Source: the human T2T-CHM13v2.0 reference genome, Homo sapiens | DNA: 64,000 nucleotides | Reading direction: 5' to 3' | Assembly: GCA_009914755.4 (NCBI GenBank) | Contig: CP086569.2 | Location: forward strand, 15,456,001-15,520,000 | Shown here: piece after piece, positions 53,825 through 64,000 of the stretch | Layout: each line of letters starts with the position of its first letter | How positions within the stretch are numbered: the stretch's first letter is position 1 | Position numbers and translations under genes: made by a program | Notes under the pieces: model-generated | What the model saw: the letters and a program-made list of their open reading frames with translations, nothing else | What the model was told of the DNA's origin: nothing | The model's database searches: none

Positions 53825-55394
53825 TACTTTCACCATAGGATTCTGTATCTTCTACTTTCTAATGTGATTTAAAATTGTTTTGCAGTGGGGTTGCACAGAG
53901 GCTCAGCATCATTGCATGGGAGTTCTAGTTGCTCCAGATCTTTCTTCAGTAGTTGATATCATTGTATCAAATTTTTATTAATACTATTCTGATTTCATCT
54001 GCATTTCACCAATAATGAATGGCATTGAGCCTCTTGTCCTATGTTGAGGCTATCTGTAGATGTGAGGACTTCTTCCTTGATACGGATTTATGGTGGAGGA
54101 ATCAATCACCAAAGATGGCTCTGAGTGTAGGCTGAATGACTAAAAATATAATGATCTAGTTATCTAAATATAAAACAAAATTGTTTAAGCAATTTGGGGG
54201 ATTGGAGAATGAGAGTTTTAGGAGAACCATAAGATATCTATCTGACTATATTCTTCAAGACAAGATAGTCATGGCAGTACAGGCATGGTGGCACATAACA
54301 TTTTGTCACCTGGCACTACACGAGTGTGCTTCCATGACCTTGAGGATATATATGACTTTGAGTTTGGTGAGACAGATGAACACAAAGCCCAGAGAATCTG
54401 CAAATTATTTGACTTAGATTTAGATATTGTGTTTGGAAAACATTTGACACAGAAAATCAAGCATTAGCAAGCATTTATTATTTGCTTGTGTTAGCTTTAG
54501 TTATGCAGATGATGAATAATAAGAAAAAAAGCATCACAGGTAGGGATAGATACTGTCATGAAAATTTAAGCTTCTCATGGGCAGGAACTCATTCTTAACC
54601 CCACTATGTGCCCTTACTAAGCGCAGTGATCTTTATGGGATACTTCTATGATCTGAAGACTTGTGTCCTTCCAGAATCCACATGTTGACATTGTAAACCC
54701 AAAGTGATGGTGCTAGGAGGTAGGGGCTTTGGAGCTGCCGAGATGTTGAGAGTGGATGCCACGTGAATGGCATTAATGACATTTTAAAAGATACCCCAGG
54801 GACATTACTTGCTCCTCCCCTCTTTTCCAAAGTCATAAGGAAAAGTCAGCCCTCTAGGCATTGGGCCCTCACCATACACTGAATCTACCATATCTTGATT
54901 TCGGATTTCCAGTCTCCAGAACTGTGAGCAATGAATCTCTATGGTGTATAAGCCCCACCACCACCCGCCCCAACGACACTCACCCCAGGCTATGATATTT
55001 TGTTACAGCAGCCTGAATGGACTAACCCAACTTCTGTGCTTTGCTGTTGTCTTATTTCTTTGGTCAGTGTAGGATCTTGCTGTCCGCATAGTTTGCTCTA
55101 GAAAGATGGATGCTCTATTCCTAATGGTGTATTTGGCCTTCCTATCTATGGAATATTCTCCTATCCAATCAGTCTTGGTAACATATAAATGATTAACTCT
55201 ACCCTTGGGTATAGTTTTGGTTCTGCTAAGTCCCCTGCTGAAAATTCTGGTTTCTACCATTATGGCTCATGCATGTTCCTGACCCATTAAACTTCAGTGG
55301 AAGAATAGAAATGGAGAGGGAGGTGATGGAGTTGATATCTTAAACTGCAATATGGTGCAAGCCCATCTTGCAGATAATATATTTGGTGTCTTCC

Positions 55395-55518
55395 TTATCT
55401 TTTTAAGAGCGGCCTTGCTATGTTGCCTAGCCTAAAATCAAACTCCTGGGCAAGTGATGCTTGTGGCTCAGCCTCCCAATTACCTGGCATTACAGACATG
55501 TACCACCATGCCTGGCCA
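55395..55518 (-). mobile_element. Partial Alu (left arm only), antisense
   Basis: ..ggccttgctatgttgcctagcctaaaatcaaactcctgggcaagtgatgcttgtggctcagcctcccaattacctggcattacagacatgtaccaccatgcctggcc. Confidence 0.65.
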
Positions 55519-55744
55519 CGTTTTTACTCTCCAATTACTTAATATATAGTAAAGCTAATGGTTCACAGTGGTTCATTTTTTTGTGTGTATTCCAATAACA
55601 TTTTATTTATTTATTACCTTGAACATATTCAATATTTATTTGACAAGTTTTTATAATTTTAACATTTTTTTTTAATTCATGTGGTATGAGTGTAAGTTTT
55701 TTTCTCTGGGTGTATTGGATGGTGCTGAGGTTTGAGGTGCAGAT

Positions 55745-56376
55745 GATTCTGTCATACACCTATGGAGCATGGTACACAATAGGTAGTTTTCCAACTTTAC
55801 CCTCTCTGTCACCCCTATTTAGTAGTCCTGAGTTTCTGTTATTGCTTTATGTTCATGAGTATCCAATGTTTAGTTCCCACTTATAAGTGAGAACATGTGG
55901 TATTTAACTTTCTGTTTCTGCATTAATTTACTTAGGATAATGGCTTCCAGCTGCATCCATGTTCCTGCAGAGGACATGATTTTGTTTGTTTTTATGGCTG
56001 AATAGTATTCCATGGTATGTATGTATCACATATTCTTTATTCAAACCACCATTGATGGGCACTTAGGTTGATTCCATGTCTGCTATTGTGAATAGTGCTG
56101 TAATTAGCATACGTGTGCATTTGTCTTTTTTGTTAGAATGATTTATTTTCATTTATATATATATATAAAACAATTAATGGGATTGCTAGGTCTGTGGTAG
56201 TTCCTCTTAAGTTCCTTGAGAAATCTCCATACTGTTTTACACAATGGCTAATTCACATTCTCACCAACAGTATATGTAGCCTTCTCTTCTCTGCAGCCTC
56301 AAAGACACCTGTTGTTTTTGATGTTTTATGAACAGCCTTTCTGACTGGTGTGAGTTTTTGATTTGCATTTCTCTGG
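55745..56376 (-). mobile_element. Older LINE-1 3' region fragment (antisense)
   Basis: ..ttcccacttataagtgagaacatgtggtatttaactttctgtttctgcattaatttacttaggataatggcttccagctgcatccatgttcctgcagaggacatgattttgtttgtttttatggctgaatagtattccatggtatgtatgtatcacatattctttattc..gatttgcatttctctg. Confidence 0.75.
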
Positions 56377-57454
56377 TACAAAATGGTGGATTTTGAAATG
56401 AGATTTGATTTCTAAATTTTATAGAAACTGCATAGATGACTGCAAAGAACTCTTTAAGATATGACAAAAGACAAATTAGATTGTAATCTCCTTTATACAG
56501 GACAAGAAATAAAGAGGAGAATATTAAAATATGTACACATACAAAAGTAGATGAATTGGCGATTGTTGGTGTTGGATGCATGTTAAGCAGGGTGAAGGAG
56601 GTGTGTGTGCATGCATTCGTGGCCATGTGTTGAGAGTGGGCATCCATGTAGGTAACAGCAGAGAGCTTTGGGGTTCAGAAAAAAAGATAAGTCACATCCC
56701 ACTCAGGTACCCTAAAATGTTGTCTTCTCTAGAAATGAAAGAAGAGGGAAGCCAGAGATGTCTGTAGCTTGCATAGTTTTGGGAATAGCTATTCTAGACT
56801 TTGTCAGTGAACAGCATAGAAGGATTGTTGTTCAAGCCCAGTTATTTGGGCAAGGATCAGATTCTGTTGCTTTTGTTTTCTGGATGCTCCATAATGAATG
56901 TGAGATAGAAGCAGATGTCTCAAGTGCTTCTTGTTCTCAGAAACCTCCTGACAGCAGACATCTCAGTGGGCCCAGACCTTCAGTGTGTCTGTAAGTAAAA
57001 CACAGGGGAGGGTGCTCTTTCTGATTTATCTTACTATTTTAATGCAATTACAAAGCTTCCTATTTTCTAATATATTCCAAGCCTTTGAAAGACAAGGCCA
57101 TAAACACCCAGGATATCTGATTTTATTCATGATAAGACCCAAATACCAAAATACCTATGATCAGGGCTCACCTTAATTAAGTATGTATCTTAAAATTAAA
57201 CCAATCTCAGTTTGAGGAATTCATACTTTTGGAAGAAATTTATTACAGTTTTTGTTCTGAACATTATATTATGATAGGCTTGAATAGTGTGAGCCTTGCT
57301 ATAATTACAACCTGAGTCACAATAACTTCCCTGCAGAGGATGATTTAAAATACCCAATCAATTTATGAACTGGTCAAAAATGCCATTCTGAGGTATTTTT
57401 TTTATGCAGTCTTTGCAGAGAAGACATGCCATATAGTCCTTCTTCATTCCCAAA

Positions 57455-57510
57455 GCATATATATATATACGTATATACACACACACACATACATATACAT
57501 ATAAATATAC
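57455..57510. repeat. Compound (TA)n/(CA)n microsatellite
   Basis: catatatatatatacgtatatacacacacacacatacatatacatataaatatac. Confidence 0.85.
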
Positions 57511-57844
57511 AGTGAAGTTAGTTTTTACCTTTGTTATCAATATTTTTTATCCATCAAAAATTTTATAAATGATTTGTGGCATCCCCTTTTTATCTTAGGA
57601 AAATTAAAAATCTCTCTATCAACTTATCTATGAATAACCACATTTCATCCCTTGTGAAATCCATTTTAGTTTGTGAAACTCACATGGGAGATCTTTTATT
57701 TTTTGCCCGCAAGGATGTAGGCTGGTTAAATTTACAGAGATTCTTTAATGATGATAATGTACATTTGACTGATATCAATAAGAAATATTGATATTATTAA
57801 TATCAACATTTTTTGCAATGCTAAAAATTTACAAGTTGTCGAAT

Positions 57845-60800
57845 TATTTAATTATTTATTTTTATTATACATTAAGTTCTGGGATACATGTGCAGAATAT
57901 GCAGGTTTGTTACATAGGTATACATGTACCGTGGTAGTTTACTGCACCTTTCAACCCATCATCTAGGTTTTAAGCCTTTAAAACCTTTAAGCATTTGGTA
58001 CTTGTCCCAGTGCTATCTTTACCTTGCACCCCATCCCCCAAGAAGCCCCGGTGTGTGATGTTCCACTTCTCCATGTTCATGTGTTCTCATTGTTCAACTC
58101 CCATTTATGAGTGAGAACATGTGGTTTTTGCTTTTCTGATCCTCTGTTTGCTGAGAATAATCATTTCCAGCTTCATCCATGTCCCTGCAAAGGACATTAA
58201 CTCATTCTTATTTATGGCTGCATAGTATTCCATGGTGTATGTGTGCCACATTTTCTGTATCCAGTCTATCATTGATGGGCATTTGGTTTGGTTCCATGAC
58301 TTTGCTATTGTAAATAGGAATGCAATAAATGTGCATGTACATGTGTCTTTATAATAGAATGATCAATAATCCTTTGGGTATGTACCCAGTAATGGGATTG
58401 CTCAGTTAAATGGTATTTCCAGTTCTAGATCCTTGAGGAATCGCGACACTGTCTTCTACAACGGTTGAATTAATCGACACTACCACCAACAGTGTAAAAC
58501 ATTCTATTTCTCCACATCCTCTCCAACATCTGTTGTTTCCTGACTTTGAATGATTGCCATTCTAACTGGGGTGAGATGGTATCTCATTGTGGTTTTGATT
58601 TGCATTTCTCTAATGACCAGTGATGATAAGCTTTTTTTCGTATGTTTGTTGACTGCACAAATGTCCTCTTTTGAGAAGTATCTGTTCATAAACCTTACAC
58701 TTTTTGATGGGGTTGTTTGTTTTCTTCTTGTAAATTTGTTAAAGTTTCTTGTAGATTCTGGATATTAGCCCTTTGTCAGACGGCTAGATTGCAAAAACTT
58801 TCTCCCATTGCCTGTTAACTCTGATGATAGTTCCTTTTGCTGTGCAGAGGCTCTTTAATTAGATCTCATTTGTCAATTTTTGCTTTGTTTCAATTGTTTT
58901 TGGTGTTTTAGTCATGAAGTCTTTGCCCATGCCTATGTCCTGAATGGTATTGCCTACATTTTCTTCTAGTTTTATGATTTTTTCTCTTATGGTTAGGTCT
59001 TTAATCCATCTTGAGTTAATTTTTGTATAAGGTGTTAAGAAAGGGTTCAGTTTTAGTTTTCTGCATATGGCTAGCCAGTTTTCCCAATACCATTTATTAA
59101 ATAGGACATCCTTTCTTCATTGCTTGTTTTTTTTCAGATTTGTTGAAGTTCAGATGGTTGTAGATGTGGGTGTTATTTCTGAGGCCTCTGTTCTGTTCCA
59201 TTGGTCTATATATTTGTTTTCTTACCAGTACCGTGCTGTTTTGGTTACTGTACCCTTGTAGTGCAGTTTGAAGTCAGGTAGCATGATGCCTCTAGCTTTG
59301 TTCTTTTTGCTTAGGACTTTCTTGGCCATATAAGCTCTTTTTTAGTTCCACCCGAAATTTATGGTGTTTTTCTCCTTTTTTTTTAATACTGTGAAGAAAG
59401 TCACTGTTCGCTTGATGAGAATAGCGTTGAATTTAAAAACTACTTTGGGCAGTTTGGCCATTTTCACAATATTGATTCCTCCTATCCATGAGCATGTAAT
59501 GTTTTTCCATTTGTGGGTGTCCTTTCTTATTTTCTTGAGCAGTGGTTTGTAGTTCTCTTTGAAGAGGTCCTTCACTTCCCTTGTAAGTTGTTTTCCTGGG
59601 TACTTTATTCTCTTTGTAGCAACTGTGAATGGGAGTTCACTCATGATTTGTCTCTCTGATTGTCCATTATTGGTGTATAGGAATGCTTGTGATTTTTGCA
59701 CATTGATTTTGTATCCTGAGATTTTGCTGAAGTTGCTTACCAGCTTAAGGGGATTTGGGGCTGAGACAATGCAATTTTCTAAATATTCAATCATGTTATC
59801 TGGAAACAGAGATAATTTGACTTCCTCTCCTGCTATTTGGATATCCTTTATTTTTTCTCTTGCCTGACTGCCCTGGCCAGAACTTTCAATACTATGTTGA
59901 ATAAGAGTGGTGAGAGAGGGCATCCTTGTTTGTGCTGATTTTCCAAGGGAATGCTTCCAGCTTTTACCAATTCAGTATGATGTTGGCTATGGGTTTGTCA
60001 TAAATAGCACTCATTATTTTGATATATGTTCCATCAATACCTAGTTTATTGAGTGTTTTTAGCATGACGTTGTGTTGAAATTTATTGAAGGCCTTTTCTG
60101 CATCTATTGGGATAATCACATGTTTTTTTGTCATTGTTTCTGTTTATGTGATGGATTATGTTGATTGATTTGCTTATGTTGAACCAGCCTTGTATCCCAA
60201 GGGATGAACCCGACTTGATCATGGTGGATAAACCTTTTGATGTGCTGCTGGATTTGGTTTGCCAGCATTTTATTGAGGATTTTTGCACTGATGTTCATCA
60301 GGAATATTTGCATGAAATTTCATTTTTCTGTTGTATCTTTGTCAGTTCATGGTATTAGGATGATGCTGGCCTCATAAAATGAGTTAGGGAGGAGTCCCTG
60401 TTTTTCTATTGTTTGGAATCATTTCAGAAGAAATGGTACCAGCTCCTGTTTGTATTGTTGGTAGAATTCAGCTGTGAATCTGTCTGGTCCTGGGCTTTTT
60501 CCACTTGGTAGTCTATTAATTACCGCCTTAATTTCAGAACTTGTTATTGGTCTATTCAGGGATTCAGCTTCTTCCTGGTTTATTCTTGGGAGAGTGTATG
60601 TGTCCAGGAATTTATCCATTTCTTTTGGTATTTCCGTAGAGGTGTTTATAGTATTCTGTGTTGGTAGTTTGCATTTCTGTGCGATCAGTAGTGATATCCC
60701 CTTTAATGTTTTTATTGTGTCTATTTGATACTTTTCTCTTTTATTTTTTATTAGTCTGGCTAGCAATACATCTATTTTGTTAATTTTTTCCAAAAATCAG

Positions 60801-62204
60801 CTTTTTGATTCACTGATTTTCTTGAAGGATTTTTTTTATGTCTTTATCTTCTTCAGTTCTGCTCCAGTCTTAGTTCTTTCTTGTCTTCCACTAGGTTTTA
60901 AATTTGTTTACTCTTGCTTGAATAGTTCTTTTAATTGCAATGTTAGGGGGTTGATTTTACATCTTTCTTGCTTTCTCTTGTGGTCATTTAGTGCTCTAAA
61001 TTTCCATTTGAACACTGCTTTAAATGTGTCTTAGAGATTCTGGTACATTGTATCTTTGTTCTTATCAGTTTCAAAGAACTTATTTATTTCTGCTTTAATT
61101 TCCTTATTTACCCGGTAGTCATTCAGGAGCAAGTTGTTCAGTTTCCATGTAGTTGTGTGGGTTTGAGTAAGTATCTTAATCCTGGGTTCGAATTTGATTA
61201 CACTGTTGTCTGAGAGATGGTTCGTTATGGTTTTCATTCTCTTGCATTTGCGAGGAGTGTTTTACTTCCAATTTTGTAGTCCACTTTAGAATAAGTGTGA
61301 TGTGGTGCTGAGAAGAATGTATATTCTGTTGATTGGGGTGAAGAGTTACATAGGTGTCTCTTAGGTCTGCTTGGTCCGGAGCTGAGTTCAAGTCCTGAAT
61401 ATATTTGTTAATTTTTTGTCTCATTGATCTGTCTAATATTGACAGTGTTGTGGTAAAATCTCCCACTATTATTGTGTTGGAGTATACTTAAACACAATAT
61501 TATTGTGTTTGTAGGTCTCTAAGAACTTGTTTTATGAATCTGGGTGCTCCTGTATTGGGTGCATATATATTTATGATAGTTAGCTCTTCTTGTTGCATTG
61601 ATCCATTTACCATTATTTGATGCCCTTCTTTGTCTCTTTTGATCTCTGTTGTCTTAAAGTCTGTTTTATCAGAGGCTAGGATTACTACCCCTGCTTTTCT
61701 TTGCTTTCCGTTTGCTTGGTAAATATTCCTTCATTCTGTTATTCTGAGCCTATGTTTTACTTTGCCTGTCAGATTGGTCTCCTAAATACAATACACCAAA
61801 GGGTCTTGACCCATTATTCAATTTGCCAGTCTGTGTCTTTTAATTGGGGCATTTAGCCCATTTACATGTAATTTTAATCTTGTTATGTGTGAATTTGATC
61901 CTGTCATTATGATGATAGCTGATTATCTTGCATATTAGTTGATGCTGTTTCTTTATAGTGTCATTAGTCTTTACATTTTGGGAGTTTTTGCAGTGGTATT
62001 TTGGTAGTTTTTGCAGTAGCTGATATCTTTTTTTTTTTCTTTTTTTTTTTTTGCCCCATATTTAGTACATCCTTCAGGAGCTCTTAAAGGCAGTCCTGGT
62101 GGTCAGAAAATCCCTCAACATTTGCTTTTCTGTAAAGGATTTTATTTCTCCCTCAATTATGAAACTTAGTTTGTCTGGATGTGAAATTCTGTTTGTTTGT
62201 TTGT

Positions 62205-62239
<35 letters not shown>

Positions 62240-64000
62240 TTTTAAGAATGGTGAATATTGGCCTGCACTCTCTTCTGGCTTGTAGGGTTTCTGCAGTGAT
62301 ATCTGCTGTTAGTTTGATAGGCTCTCTTTTGTAGGTAGCCTGCTCTTTCTCTCGGGATGCTGTTAACATTTTTTCCTTTGTTTCAACCTTGGTGAATCTG
62401 ACTATTATTTGTCTTGGAGTTGCTCTTCTCAAGGAGTATCTTTGTGGTGTTTTCTTTATTTCCTGAATTTCAATGTTGGACTTCTTGCTAGGCTGGACAA
62501 GTTCTCCTGGATAATATCCTGAAGTGTGTTTTCTAACTGGTTCCATTCTCCTACTCACTTTCAAGTACACCAGTCAAACATAGGTTTGATGTTTTCACAT
62601 AGTCCCGTATTTCTTGGAGGCTTTGTTAATTCCTTTTCATTCATTTTTTCTGTAATCTTGTCTTCACATTTTATTTTATTAAGTTGATCATCAATCTCTG
62701 ATATACTTTCTTTCCCTTGATCGATTCAGCTATTGGTACTTGTGTATGCCTCAGGAAGTTCTCGTGCTTTGTTTTTCAGCTATATCATGTCATTTATATT
62801 CTTCTCTAAACTGGTTATTCTAGCTAGAAGTTCTTGTAACCTTTTATGAAGATTCTTAGCTTCCTTACATGGGGTTAGAACATGCTCCCTTAGCTCAGAG
62901 GAGTTTGTTATTTCACACCATCTGAAGCCTACTTCAGTCAGTTTGTCAAACTCATTCTCTGTTCGGTTTTGTTCTCTTGCTGGTGAGGAGTGATGATCCT
63001 TTGGAAGAGAAGAGGGATTCTGGTTTTTGGAATTTTCAGAATTTTTGAACTGTTTTATTTTTCATCTTCATGAATTTATCTAACTTTGATCTTTGATGTT
63101 GGTGACCCTCAGATGGGATTTTTGCATGGGTGTCTTTTTTGTTGATGTTGATGTTATTGCTTTCTGTTCGTTTGTTTTCTTTCTAACAGTCAGGCCGCTC
63201 TGCTGCAGGTCAGCTGGAGTTTATTGAAGGTCCACTCCAGACCCTGTTTTCCTGGCTATCACCAGCAGAAGCTGCAGAACAGCAAAGATTGCTGTCTTCT
63301 CCTTCCTCTGGAAGCTTCTTCCCAGAGGGGTAGCCACCTGATGTCAACCAGAGCTCTCCTATATGAGGTGTCCATTGAACCCAGCTGGGAGGTGTCTCTC
63401 AGTCAGGAAGCACCTGGGTTAGGGACCCACTTGAGCAGGCAGTCTGTCCCTTAGTAGAGCACAAGTTCTGTGCTGGGAGATCTTCTGCTCTCTTTCAAGC
63501 CATAGGTAGGCACATTTAAGTTTGCTGAAGCTGCACCCATAGCCATCCCTTACTCCAGGTGCTGTGTCCCAGGGAGATGGGAATTTTATCTATAAGCCCC
63601 TAACTGGTGCTGCTGCCTTTCTTTCAGAGATGCCCTGCCCAGAGAAGAGGAGTATAGAGAGCCAGTCTGGCTACAGCAGCTTTGCTGAGCTGTGGTGGGT
63701 TCCACCCGGTTTGAACTTCTCGGAGGCTTATTTACACTATGAGGGGAATACTGCCTACTGAAGCCTCAGTGATGCCAGACACCCCTCCCTGCACCACATT
63801 CAAGTGTCCCAGGTCAACTTCAGACTGCTGTGCTAGCAGTGAGAATTTCAAGCCATTGGATCTTAGCTTACTGGGCTCCGAGAGGGTGAGATCAGCTGAG
63901 CAAGACAACTTGGCTCCCTGACCTCAGCCCCCTTTTTAGGGGAGAGAACAGTTCTGTCTCACTGCGGTTCCAGGCAGAACTGGGGCATGGAAGAAACAAA
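57845..64000 (-). mobile_element. Near-full-length LINE-1 (L1PA/L1PB-like), antisense. Contains 3' tail/UTR (57845-58100), decayed ORF2, ORF1 remnant (62229..62570) and 5'UTR, which runs past the window end.
   Basis: 3' end: atttatttttattatacattaagttctgggatacatgtgcagaatatgcaggtttgttacataggtatacatg (reverse complement of the L1 3' terminus). ORF2 pieces 58504..58689(-), 59342..59923(-) ..[36 protein letters not shown].., 60419..60793(-), 61031..61466(-) EN domain. ORF1 62229..62570(-) ..RATPRQIIVRFTKVETKEKMLTASREKEQATYKREPIKLTADITAETLQARRE. Internal (ATTT)n at 62195-62245 and T-run 62025-62055. Confidence 0.85.

Overview
This window is primate (human-type) nuclear DNA, not a prokaryotic locus. 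It is AT-rich, CpG-poor and dominated by interspersed repeats. I found no rRNA or tRNA genes, no CRISPR array and no host protein-coding exon I can support. Nearly every large ORF in the six-frame track is a decayed LINE-1 ORF1/ORF2 fragment or a retroviral gene remnant.

The main content:
- A ~10.1 kb HERV9/ERV9-like provirus on the minus strand (39329-49408). It has LTR12-type LTRs with internal tandem CCAAT-type subrepeats, a tRNA-Arg-like PBS, a PPT, a 4-bp ATAA target-site duplication, gag-pro-IN-env remnants and an internal deletion of RT/RNase H.
- Five LINE-1 insertions. Three of these (961-4197, 11727-17652, 28190-28866) are 5'-inverted twin-priming copies. One of them is a complete ~5.9 kb element whose whole 5'UTR-ORF1-EN half is inverted, with matching 14-bp TSDs. 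A fourth is a full-length L1PA at 21213-27356 with its 5' terminus intact and a 12-bp TSD. The fifth is a near-full-length L1 running off the window end (57845-64000).
- At least 13 Alu copies or fragments.
- Two MaLR (THE1/MST) solo LTRs.
- Several micro- and minisatellites.

Two structures not explained by the common families:
- A 1.3 kb element bounded by ~145-bp inverted repeats and an exact 8-bp direct repeat (hAT-like non-autonomous DNA transposon candidate, 8715-10026).
- A ~1 kb segment bounded by ~180-bp inverted repeats without a TSD (31955-32982).

All calls are from reading the sequence and recalled family consensus features; no database search was possible.
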